The notes under the pieces are model-generated. The model saw nothing but the letters and a program-made list of their open reading frames with translations. It did not search any database and was not told where the DNA came from. Both the position numbers and the translations under genes were made by a program. 61,352 nt of DNA from Candidatus Tayloriibacteriota bacterium (GTDB lineage Bacteria; Patescibacteriota; Minisyncoccia; Phycocordibacterales; PALSA-1337), in contig CALRBR010000005.1 of NCBI GenBank assembly GCA_943354385.1, positions 1 through 61,352 of the forward strand. The letters run 5' to 3'. Shown piece after piece: positions 18,780-29,631 of this stretch; the stretch's first letter is position 1, and each line of letters opens with the position of its first letter.

Positions 18780-18910
18780 AAATTCGCCCTGAATCCATTT
18801 GGTCAGGGCGATAAGAACGATTGCCACGGATGTGCTGAGAGGTGCGCCATGCCGATTTCTCGACAAGCTGGCTGCTGTTAGCCAGTCTCCCTACCCACAC
18901 CCGTGACCCC
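18780..18910 (-). ncRNA. Unassigned structured small RNA with own promoter and terminator
   Basis: 12-bp closing stem with G-U pairs on the minus strand, two internal hairpins (one GAAA tetraloop), TATACT at 18914-18919 and a terminator hairpin at 18785-18810. Confidence 0.6.
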
Positions 18911-18951
18911 TTAAGTATAGAAAAATAGATCTGCGAAAGCAACCTCGAAAA

Positions 18952-19509
18952 CTAAACCTTCTGACTTAAAAATTTCTCGACTTGATGAGCTAAATCCGCC
19001 AAATTGCCATCGTTTCTAATAACCACATCCGCTCGACGCATGCACTCTGAGATATTTTGCTTAGTCGGATCAGACGATGTCATTTCACGTTGCTCATCAG
19101 ATACAAATTTATCAAAAGAAACTTTATCCAAATCACTTTTACGTCCCACAATTCTTTCATAACGTACCTTCTGATCAGAATCAACGGCCAGCAGATAAAA
19201 TACCTTTTGAGCCTGAGCTTTCAGAAAATCAATCTCTCCTGGTGTGCGCACTGATTCAATCACCGCATTCCCCTCTTTTAATGTAGCCTGGTTATAGAGC
19301 TGTTCAATAATATATCTTGGAGAATATGTCTTTCTCAGTTCGTTTGCTAACAGAGTCATCATGTCTCTATTTACCTCTGTATTGCGCTTTTTCAATTCTT
19401 GCGTCAAAAAATCTCGAACAGAATAATGTGTAAAGTTTTTTGTCTTTAGTATAGAAACTATTTCTCCCTTTCCAGCACCAAGGGTTCCAGTAATGCCGAT
19501 AATAATCAT
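18952..19509 (-). CDS. P-loop nucleotide kinase (archaeal dephospho-CoA kinase-like)
   Basis: IIGITGTLGAGK, VIESVR..GE and ADVVIRNDG motifs. Confidence 0.8.
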   Translation of the reverse strand: MIIIGITGTLGAGKGEIVSILKTKNFTHYSVRDFLTQELKKRNTEVNRDMMTLLANELRKTYSPRYIIEQLYNQATLKEGNAVIESVRTPGEIDFLKAQAQKVFYLLAVDSDQKVRYERIVGRKSDLDKVSFDKFVSDEQREMTSSDPTKQNISECMRRADVVIRNDGNLADLAHQVEKFLSQKV

Positions 19510-19581
19510 GTAGATTAGTATAATGCTAGACAAGATTAAAACAAAATATAAACTGGAGCCAATTCTTATTTCTTATTACGG

Positions 19582-19652
19582 AGCCAAATGTGAGAATCGG
19601 ACTCACGTTCCTGCTTTACGAAAGCAGTGTTCTACCACTGAACTAATTTGGC
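19582..19652 (-). tRNA. tRNA-Thr(CGT), atypical T-loop
   Basis: GCCAAAT/ATTTGGC acceptor, CTGCT-TTCGTAA-AGCAG anticodon arm, T-loop TCCGATT. Confidence 0.85.
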
Positions 19653-20098
19653 CTAGTAGCAATCAACAAACGTGCTTCTTGTGCCCTCTTACTTCGAAAC
19701 CGATTCCCTCGGCCCTTAACTCTATTAAGCCCAGAATAAGTAGAGGTCAACGAATCGCAATTTGGACAAATCAAACGAAGATTATCTTCAAGATTATTCC
19801 TCCAGTTACCGTCAATATGGTCAGCGACCAACGGAACCTGTCCGGTCTTTACACTAATCTCAGCCCAGTGACACAAACAACATTTATCACCAAACTTCTT
19901 TCTAAGATATCTTTTAATATGGTTAGAAACAATACCTAATCCTTGCAAACCTTGAATCTTGCCGGATTGCCACTCAAATATATAGGTCAGGTACTGATAT
20001 TCAAGCTGACAAAGATTACTACAGTATTTGTAAGTAGGGCGTGTAGTTTCTTTTTGGCAATTATGACACTTTTTTCTCGGTTTTCTGATATTTGGCAC
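19643..20098 (-). CDS. HNH endonuclease with N-terminal Zn-finger
   Basis: C..C...YCSNLC, CCLC and DHIDGNWRNN..NLRLICPNC motifs. Confidence 0.9.
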   Translation of the reverse strand: MPNIRKPRKKCHNCQKETTRPTYKYCSNLCQLEYQYLTYIFEWQSGKIQGLQGLGIVSNHIKRYLRKKFGDKCCLCHWAEISVKTGQVPLVADHIDGNWRNNLEDNLRLICPNCDSLTSTYSGLNRVKGRGNRFRSKRAQEARLLIATRPN

Positions 20099-20297
20099 AA
20101 GTTAAGTATAACAGACCCACAGACCACTTGCAAAAATAAAAGCGGTTGCTTTTATTTAAAAAAACTGGGTTCGTGTCTACCCGAACCGACCTCCTCCCAC
20201 GGTTCAACCCCGACACCGGTTCCTTCACTTCGTTCGGAGTCCCTCTTATTAGATTTAATGACAAATTTTTGCTAAAGTAAGTTCTCTTTGATTGCGG

Positions 20298-20370
20298 AGC
20301 CGTCGATCGGGATCGAACCGATGACCTCGTCATTACCAATGACGTGCTCTACCAACTGAGCTACAACGGC
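20298..20370 (-). tRNA. tRNA-Thr(GGT)
   Basis: GCCGTTG acceptor, CGTCA-TTGGTAA-TGACG anticodon arm, GGTTCGATCCC. Confidence 0.95.
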
Positions 20371-20399
20371 TTACTTTAAAACAGAACCATGTAACAATA

Positions 20400-20965
20400 C
20401 TACAACTGAGTAATATTTTCAATCGATTCAACAAATCTTGATAGATGTGTACCCACCAAAATCGCATCCGCAGTGACCTCCATATCACCCAAGGTCTCTA
20501 TATTACTCGCCTGACAGAGCCAGCCAGGAAAAATCGCTCGAGCTTCTTTAAATGTTTCTTTCTTCAAACCACCAGTTTTAAGGTCACGACTGTTCCAAAC
20601 CACTTTGAGATTTTTCGGAAGGGCCCGTAACTCTTCCAATGTATTTGGCTCAATCAAACACTTGTCGAGATGTACTTTCGGAATCCGCCCACCACCAATA
20701 CAAAATCTGCACCGCTTGCAACCGCCTTTACCACTGACTCATCGGTCTCATGAATCCCTTTTGCGAGTATAGGTTTCTTTGTCAATGATTTTGTTTTTTT
20801 AATTAACTCAAAAGACCCGTCACAACTCGCATCTGTGTGTATCGAGATTATATCCCCCACTTTTTCGGCAATAACAAACATCTCATCCCAGCTTTTGGTC
20901 GAGATATAGCCCAAGGGAGAACAAGTCTTTACTTCAGCGAGTATGGTAATATTTTTATCCTGGGA
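20400..20965 (-). pseudogene. Frameshifted indole-3-glycerol-phosphate synthase-like (TrpC-fold) gene
   Basis: ILAEVK..SP, ISIHTD, KPILAK and GADFVLVV motifs. A 1-nt frameshift near 20686 continues as RIPKVHLDKCLIEP...NSRDL...DAILVGT. No clear start codon. Confidence 0.7.
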
Positions 20966-21305
20966 GGTAAACGCTGTATATAGTATAAAAAACAAAAAAT
21001 CTATTTGGATGGCTCGACGGGAACCTCTTTCCTTACAGGAACGGTACAGGCTTCGTATCTCATTTTTGCAACACAAAAATGATGTCTGCGAAAATATCTC
21101 AGCTTAAGCTAAGATATTTTCGCAGATTTACCGCTTCGCTCCGACCTATATACTTAGCCTTTTCGAGTCCCTTTCGGAGCTAACGCTCCTCACGAGCGCG
21201 CAAATATAAAACGGCACTGAAAGTCGTTTTATATTTGCGCGACATGGTGGACTGTGTTAGAACTGCGTTTGATGCAATAAATTATACACAGATATACATT
21301 CCTAA

Positions 21306-21728
21306 TTAATTTATTACTACAACGATGCCTTTCATCATTGGGTGAATAGCGCAGTGATAACTGAAAGAACCAGTTTTGGTGAAAGTAAAGCTAAAAAATT
21401 GTCCTGTGGAAAGAGTAGCTGAGCTAAGAATACCTCCCGAATTAGAAGTGATGTTATGGGGAGCCGAACCGTTGTTTGTCCATACAACTTTCGTACCAAC
21501 CTTAATATTTAAGATAGGGGGATTAAATGCGAAATTTTTTATATCAACTGTAACATTTGCAGGAGTAGGTGTTGTGGTGGGCGTAGGATTTGTTGAAATA
21601 GGAGAATTGTTTATATCCGAAGAATTCGTCGGAACTATTGTAAAGTTATTGTTCGAAATCATGTAATATCCCCCGAAACCTAAAATCAACACTATAACTA
21701 TACCTATACCTATTATTGTATTTTTCAT
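21306..21728 (-). CDS. Membrane-anchored cupredoxin (plastocyanin-like)
   Basis: FAFNPP, WTN....H and YHCAIHPMMKG type-1 copper ligands, with a Pro/Thr linker. Confidence 0.9.
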   Translation of the reverse strand: MKNTIIGIGIVIVLILGFGGYYMISNNNFTIVPTNSSDINNSPISTNPTPTTTPTPANVTVDIKNFAFNPPILNIKVGTKVVWTNNGSAPHNITSNSGGILSSATLSTGQFFSFTFTKTGSFSYHCAIHPMMKGIVVVIN

Positions 21729-21766
21729 ATTTTTATTATTAATTTGTAATATTTAATTCTATTAAA

Positions 21767-22255
21767 TTATTTTCCTACTGTACTATTTTTAAATTCATTA
21801 AGCCCTTTTATTTGTAATTCATGCAAGTGAATTGAAGACCTTTTTGATTTAATTAATTGAATTGAATCTTCAACGCTCATTCCCTTACTGATTAAATATG
21901 CTGAAAACAAAGTCGGTGCTCGACCATGACCATTTTTACAATGAATAAAAGTTTTTATCTTATTACTAATTAAAAAATCTAAAAATTTAACCCCTATTTC
22001 AAAATCTTTAGGACTTGGAGAGGTTTTATCTTCAATTGGTAACCACAAAAAATAATCTACCCCGCTTGGAGCATCCGTGCGGTCTTTTTCTAGACTAATG
22101 TCGGCACGTACACCTTTCGATAAAAGTTCTTTAGAAAAACCAACCTGACAACACATATTTGTACCAATAAAAACTTCATTAGTAATTTGATTATAATCAA
22201 AACCAACTTGCCCAGTTAAATGATTAAAAATATCTCTTGGCCCATGTGCAATCAT
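21767..22255 (-). CDS. Dual-specificity protein phosphatase
   Basis: HCKNGHGRA (CX5R) active-site motif. Confidence 0.9.
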   Translation of the reverse strand: MIAHGPRDIFNHLTGQVGFDYNQITNEVFIGTNMCCQVGFSKELLSKGVRADISLEKDRTDAPSGVDYFLWLPIEDKTSPSPKDFEIGVKFLDFLISNKIKTFIHCKNGHGRAPTLFSAYLISKGMSVEDSIQLIKSKRSSIHLHELQIKGLNEFKNSTVGK

Positions 22256-22537
22256 AGTTTCTATTATAACATTTCCAACGTCCAATAGACAATTAACAAA
22301 GGTGCTTCAGGTCAGAACCTAAAAGTCCTTACCATTAAACGGTAAGATATAGAAATTCTCCTTTGCGCGCTCGATGGGACATTCGAAACCTACAGTTTCA
22401 GTACCCCGATTGGATATTTTGTTTCGCTTTGCTCACAAAATATCTCGATCAGGCTTCGAGTCCCACCGAAAGTGAAGACTTTCACTTTCTTCTAGCGCGC
22501 AAATTAAAAACCGCCCCGAAAGGCGGTTTTTTATTTG

Positions 22538-22611
22538 CGCGCTCGATGGGACTCGAACCCACGACCTCTCCCGTGACAGGGGAGCGTTCTAGCCAGCTGA
22601 ACTACGAGCGC
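22538..22611 (-). tRNA. tRNA-Asp(GTC)
   Basis: GCGCTCG acceptor, CTCCC-CTGTCAC-GGGAG anticodon arm, GGTTCGAGTCC. Confidence 0.95.
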
Positions 22612-22893
22612 AATGGATATGAATATAACAGGAAAATGAGCGGAAAGCAATAAATACGGGCCGCGGGTATCTTCCTCTACGAGGACAGTATCCTGTTTGG
22701 ATTTTTTGTTCATGATTACACTTCAAAAAATGCTCAAACAGGCTTCGACCCATACAGGGTCTGTACACCTTTCACTTTTCTCAGACGAAATGTTCAAGGT
22801 CCTGCAGAAGCTCCAGGTTTTCGCTTCTTCAACCTCCACGCAGGCAAAACCCTTTGCCTGCTCCACCGACAAAACTTCACTTCGTTCAATTTG

Positions 22894-22966
22894 TGTCGGC
22901 GGGAGGGATCGAACCTCCGACCCCAGGCTTATGAGTCCTGTGCTCTACCGACTGAGCTACGCCGAC
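22894..22966 (-). tRNA. tRNA with CAT anticodon (probably elongator Met; Ile2 not excluded)
   Basis: GTCGGCG acceptor, CAGGA-CTCATAA-GCCTG anticodon arm, GGTTCGATCCC. Confidence 0.9.
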
Positions 22967-23058
22967 AGTGATTAGTACGATAACACATTTAAAGCAATCT
23001 CTCAACAACCCTAAAACTAAATCCGTCCACCAGAGGTAGACGGATTTAGTTTTACTTG

Positions 23059-23129
23059 TTGCGGGGCCCGGAATCGCACCGGGGACTCAAGGTTATGAGC
23101 CTTGCGAGATACTGCTCCTCCACCCCGCG
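23059..23129 (-). tRNA. Initiator tRNA-fMet(CAT)
   Basis: CGCGGGG acceptor with C1:A72 mismatch and CAT anticodon. A terminator hairpin follows at 23012-23054. Confidence 0.85.
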
Positions 23130-23185
23130 TATTGCCCTTCGTAGAGCTGAATCATCATTATACCGCGGATTTCGAGTCTATGCAA

Positions 23186-23779
23186 CTATATAAACCTAAG
23201 CTCTTCAAAAACAGTCTGGTAAAGTGACAATACTCTTTTAACCTCTCGATTATTCAAAAGTACAGATGACCCTCCGTGTGCCAGACTATTTCGGACTCGG
23301 TGTGCTTCCCACGCATTATCAAGTGTACGTAAATTACCCCGAGTAAGACTTTTCAACATCTCCCCGACACCATCACCTACGGCACCGTCTTTTTCCAATA
23401 TCTCCCCTAATATTATATCAGCCTCAATAATAGCTGACATCCAATCATTAGGGTTTTGTGACCCAGCGTGTTGAGCGATTTTATCCCAGCGCAAAAGATT
23501 ACCGCCGTCCCTAGATTGCTCTACAGCATTGAGCGCATGGTAATCGGCTAAATACTTTTCCTGAACCTGCTCATTAAGACGTCGTAGTTGCAACACAGCA
23601 TAAATGATGCCCGCGAAACAAATTAGGCTAATCAAAATGGTAATCCATCTTGTATGTGGCGCAATAAAATAAAAAACATCAGCCACCCAGTTCCAAAAAC
23701 GTGACAGTGTATTGCCAGTAAAAAACTGATATATCTGAGAGAAAAAATATTCTATGTTTAAAAAAGGAACCTGATTCAT
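23186..23779 (-). CDS. Hypothetical membrane protein
   Basis: One TM segment and W..AIIEAD..L...AWEAH.VRN..AH motif, of a kind seen in CPR genomes. Confidence 0.75.
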   Translation of the reverse strand: MNQVPFLNIEYFFSQIYQFFTGNTLSRFWNWVADVFYFIAPHTRWITILISLICFAGIIYAVLQLRRLNEQVQEKYLADYHALNAVEQSRDGGNLLRWDKIAQHAGSQNPNDWMSAIIEADIILGEILEKDGAVGDGVGEMLKSLTRGNLRTLDNAWEAHRVRNSLAHGGSSVLLNNREVKRVLSLYQTVFEELRFI

Positions 23780-23794
23780 ACAGGTAGAAGTATA

Positions 23795-25222
23795 CTACTT
23801 TTCACCCAAAAAATCTTTCCCTAACGTAAAAAGGATGTCTTCTCGGCCATGCGGGGCTGTCATCTGAATACCGAGTGGCAGGGAGACGCTTCCCTCTTTT
23901 GCAAAACCAGATGGTATCGAAATAGCTGGCATACCAGTCAGGTTTGCAGTAACCGTAAAAATGTCAGCTAGATACATAGAAAGTGGGTCATTGGCTTTTT
24001 CACCAATTTTAAATGCGGGTGTTGGGGTTGTCGGGGTAAGTACTACATCTACCTGAGTAAAGACATCTGTAAAATCTTTGGTGATAGTTTTTCGCACCGC
24101 ATTAGCTTTATTATAATACGCATCATAGTAACCCGATGAAAGAACATAGGTACCGAGCAAAATTCGGCGTCGAGCCTCCTTACCAAACCCTTCGGCCCGA
24201 GTAGCAAAATAATCTTCGATACTATTTTTCCCGTTCACATGTAAACCATATTTTACACCGTCGAAGCGAGCGAGGTTTGAAGAGACTTCAGCGGGCATCA
24301 GCACATAGTATACTGACAACGCATAGCCAATATTAGGAAGTGTAATATCTATCACCGTGTGACCGAGTTTTTTTAAACGAGTTAGAGATTCTTCAAAATT
24401 TACTAACACCTGAGGATCAACGCCTTTTTCCATTGTATGTCTAGGTACTCCTATGGTGAGACTTTTTTTAAGTGGGCTTTTTGCATACGTATCAGATGAA
24501 ATCGTCGTCGCGTCCATCATATCTCTCCCTGCCAAGGTACTAAAAAGTATTTCTATATCCGTCACCGTTTTTGCAAAAGGACCAGCCTGGTCAAGAGACG
24601 ACCCCATCGCAATCAGTCCGTGACGAGAAATCGCTCCGTATGTAGGCTTGAGACCCACCACCCCACAAAAGCTGGCTGGCTGGCGCACCGATCCACCCGT
24701 ATCAGTGCCGAGTGCAACCAGACATCCGTCCATCGCAAGCGCCGCCGCCGATCCACCAGAGGAACCACCAGGAACCCGAGTTAGGTCATGTGGATTATGA
24801 GTAGTACCAAAAGCTGAGTTCTCAGTCGAGCCACCCATCGCAAATTCATCCATGTTTGTACGGCCGAGAAAGATTGCACCAGCATCTTTCAGCTTTTTAA
24901 TCACGGTCGCATCGTAAGTCGCATGATAATTTTCAAGCATTTTCGAAGACGCACTCGCTATTTTCCCTTCGATCAAAATATTATCTTTTATGGCAAAGGG
25001 TATACCGGTAAGAACATCGGCAGTACCATTATCAAAACGTTCTTGAGCTTTTTTTGCCTGGTTTTCAATATCATCAAAGATCTCTAGATATGCATGTACT
25101 TCTGGATCTCTCTTTTTGATATTTTCCACATACGCATTTGCAAGCTCAAGTACGGTATACTTTTTTGCAAGCAAGTCCTCGTGAGCTTTTTTGGCTGTCA
25201 GGTTTTTTAAATCAATCGACAT
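23795..25222 (-). CDS. gatA: Glu/Asp-tRNA amidotransferase subunit A
   Basis: Amidase signature NMDEFAMG, PGGSSGGS and GTDTGGSVRQPA. Confidence 0.97.
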   Translation of the reverse strand: MSIDLKNLTAKKAHEDLLAKKYTVLELANAYVENIKKRDPEVHAYLEIFDDIENQAKKAQERFDNGTADVLTGIPFAIKDNILIEGKIASASSKMLENYHATYDATVIKKLKDAGAIFLGRTNMDEFAMGGSTENSAFGTTHNPHDLTRVPGGSSGGSAAALAMDGCLVALGTDTGGSVRQPASFCGVVGLKPTYGAISRHGLIAMGSSLDQAGPFAKTVTDIEILFSTLAGRDMMDATTISSDTYAKSPLKKSLTIGVPRHTMEKGVDPQVLVNFEESLTRLKKLGHTVIDITLPNIGYALSVYYVLMPAEVSSNLARFDGVKYGLHVNGKNSIEDYFATRAEGFGKEARRRILLGTYVLSSGYYDAYYNKANAVRKTITKDFTDVFTQVDVVLTPTTPTPAFKIGEKANDPLSMYLADIFTVTANLTGMPAISIPSGFAKEGSVSLPLGIQMTAPHGREDILFTLGKDFLGEK

Positions 25223-25226
25223 AGGA

Positions 25227-25505
25227 TTACAAAATTTTCTTAACCTTAATGCAGTTTTCTTCTATGTCTGGAGCCTCAGCTAAAATCGCTTTGGTATACT
25301 GACCTGGTGTATGCGCACCTGTGTCTTCACGGAGCACATTATAGACCGGGCCCACCTCCACATACGAAGCGCCAGTGCTCGCCTTTTGTATTTCACCCAC
25401 ATATTTCAGAATAGACTCTATTTCGGTAAGAAAAGTAGCCTTTTCCTCATCCGTAATGCGAATACGAGCCAAAGTAGCGAGTTTTTCGATATCTTTAATC
25501 TCCAT
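25227..25505 (-). CDS. gatC: Glu/Asp-tRNA amidotransferase subunit C
   Basis: IEKLATLARI, LRED and AP...IKVKKIL motifs. Adjacent to gatA. Confidence 0.92.
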   Translation of the reverse strand: MEIKDIEKLATLARIRITDEEKATFLTEIESILKYVGEIQKASTGASYVEVGPVYNVLREDTGAHTPGQYTKAILAEAPDIEENCIKVKKIL

Positions 25506-26054
25506 AAGTGCATCCATCATAGCACGATGTGGCCTTATTTGGGTAGATTCAGTAGCTGTGACTTATAGCGGGCGTACTGGGCTCACTAGAGCGTAGTATA
25601 ATAATCTAGATTCAAGATTTAAGAATAAAAACAAAAAATGTTATTACTCCCATTTTATAAATACATAAATATCTAACGGTCGTGAGATATTTGAGTATTT
25701 ATTTTGATTTTATCCACAGTTGACATTTGCCGTCTAGTACACTATGATAATTCTTGGCGTTCTTTTTGGGTCTGCGGATAAGGTTCGCGGAAAAATGACG
25801 CCTTTTCAAAAACATGCACAAGCAGCAAAATCGGCGGAAGGTGAAAAAAATTCTTCGTGAAGCGCAGGCACAGTCGTCAAGCTGACCAAAAAAGATATTT
25901 AATACCCAATCAGTAAGCAACCCCAGTCCATTGATTCAGTCGGTGGTCTTTTTATTTCCAAACAAACCCACATCATCATACACTGATTATATGCACATAC
26001 GTATAATCAGTGTATGATTCCGGCAAGAGGCCGACTCCTAACGCCCCCCAAAAA

Positions 26055-28265
<2,211 letters not shown>

Positions 28266-28441
28266 CTACCTTAAATTTGGAAATTTGCGAACACAAAAAT
28301 GAATTATTCTCCCTTTTTTAAAGGGAGCAGGCCAAGAGGCCGAGGGATTTAAAATCCTCCATCTAGAGTACCAGCCGAGTCGATCGTTTGTGATCGACAC
28401 CTGTCGACGGCCTCCTTTAGAAAAGGAGGAATAGATACCTA

Positions 28442-29014
28442 CTATTGCAAAGTCTCTCTCAAACCTCTCTCAACACGGCGAGGGTCGGTGGTGACACAGG
28501 TGTTGTAACCTCGGGATTCAATAATAGTACTTAGTAGATTGTAGGCGGCTGGAATCTCTGGAGAAGTTTCAGTCAAAGGGGTTCCTGCACTATAGGTGTA
28601 ATTTTTAGTAACTTTTATCTCAGCGCAAAATCCAGGGTATGTTGAAAGACTTGGAACATTTATAGAGAGGGTTGCAACACTTTTCAAATTCGACTGGGTC
28701 GGAGGAACAATGGTCACTGGAATAGACCCTAGTCCACCACAAGAAACAGTTCCACCATTTGGAACTCCAGCAGACGTTACACCTAAGGGGCTGTTGGTCT
28801 GTGCGTTCCAAAAATGCGCACATTCCACCCCACCATCAGCGGCATAAAAAGCAATGGCGGACTCGCGAGCAATCGCCGAAAGTATCACTTCCTTTTTACT
28901 CACATTGAGTATAAAAATACCAATAGACAGGAGAATACTCGAAACCAGCACCGCAAAAAGCATCGTGTAGCCGGCGGTCTTTTGTACTCCATATTGTGCG
29001 TGGTGTAGTAACAT
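28442..29014 (-). CDS. PilX-like minor pilin
   Basis: GYTMLFAVLV hydrophobic N-terminus lacking E5, AFYAADGG.EC and IESRG motifs. Confidence 0.75.
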   Translation of the reverse strand: MLLHHAQYGVQKTAGYTMLFAVLVSSILLSIGIFILNVSKKEVILSAIARESAIAFYAADGGVECAHFWNAQTNSPLGVTSAGVPNGGTVSCGGLGSIPVTIVPPTQSNLKSVATLSINVPSLSTYPGFCAEIKVTKNYTYSAGTPLTETSPEIPAAYNLLSTIIESRGYNTCVTTDPRRVERGLRETLQ

Positions 29015-29015
29015 A

Positions 29016-29627
29016 CTAATTTAGTTTAAAAAGATTTTCGACGATTTTTACATCCCTTGTCTGGCCAGAGAGTGTCGACCAAGATACAGTGACGGTAACC
29101 CGAGCCTCAACACCCAAAGTGCTAATGTCAGAAATCACTCCACCGCTCGGAGTTTCAATCTTAACTGTTCTACTAAAAGGAGTCGGTGTACGTCCAGAAT
29201 CATGACTATATCTAACTTCATCCCCATTAACAGTTTTTGTAATTAAACATCCTGCCGCCGAACAAGCTGTAGGAATATTCGTAGAAAAAGAAGGTTGGCT
29301 AGTGTCAACCTTACAAGTTCCTCCAATACACTCTGACAAAGATCCAGTGATCAGAACCGACAACCAATCCGCACCGATCGCCGTGCCCACCCCGCTGACC
29401 GCATTCGTATCCCGCACATTTCGTACATACTCCATCGCGTCTTGGGCGAGATAGTAGGCGATCATTTGATCTTTTGCGTATGCCGCCGCTGAAAGACCTT
29501 TTTGGGAAATCACCAGCGGGCCAGTGACCGCGAGCATCAGTATCGAAATAGCCACCAAAGTTTCGATCAGGGTAAATCCCTTTTTTGTCGAACTATTTTG
29601 TACTATTTTAAAAAATGGTCGATACAT
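29016..29627 (-). CDS. Minor pilin (PilV-like)
   Basis: KKGFTLIETLVA prepilin site, A.YLAQD.ME.VRN.RD and VTVSW motifs. Confidence 0.85.
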   Translation of the reverse strand: MYRPFFKIVQNSSTKKGFTLIETLVAISILMLAVTGPLVISQKGLSAAAYAKDQMIAYYLAQDAMEYVRNVRDTNAVSGVGTAIGADWLSVLITGSLSECIGGTCKVDTSQPSFSTNIPTACSAAGCLITKTVNGDEVRYSHDSGRTPTPFSRTVKIETPSGGVISDISTLGVEARVTVTVSWSTLSGQTRDVKIVENLFKLN

Positions 29628-29631
29628 AAAC

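Noticed and set aside
18724-18942. N-terminal extension of prfB given in the ORF track
   Set aside because: It is not RF2-like, overlaps a structured RNA and terminator, and a -10 sits 6 nt before ATG 18723.
19554-23129. Prophage at the tRNA cluster
   Set aside because: No integrase, terminase, capsid or replication genes. Only att-like remnants and an HNH gene are present.
25710-25718. Replication origin
   Set aside because: Only one perfect DnaA box, with no box cluster and no dnaA/dnaN nearby.
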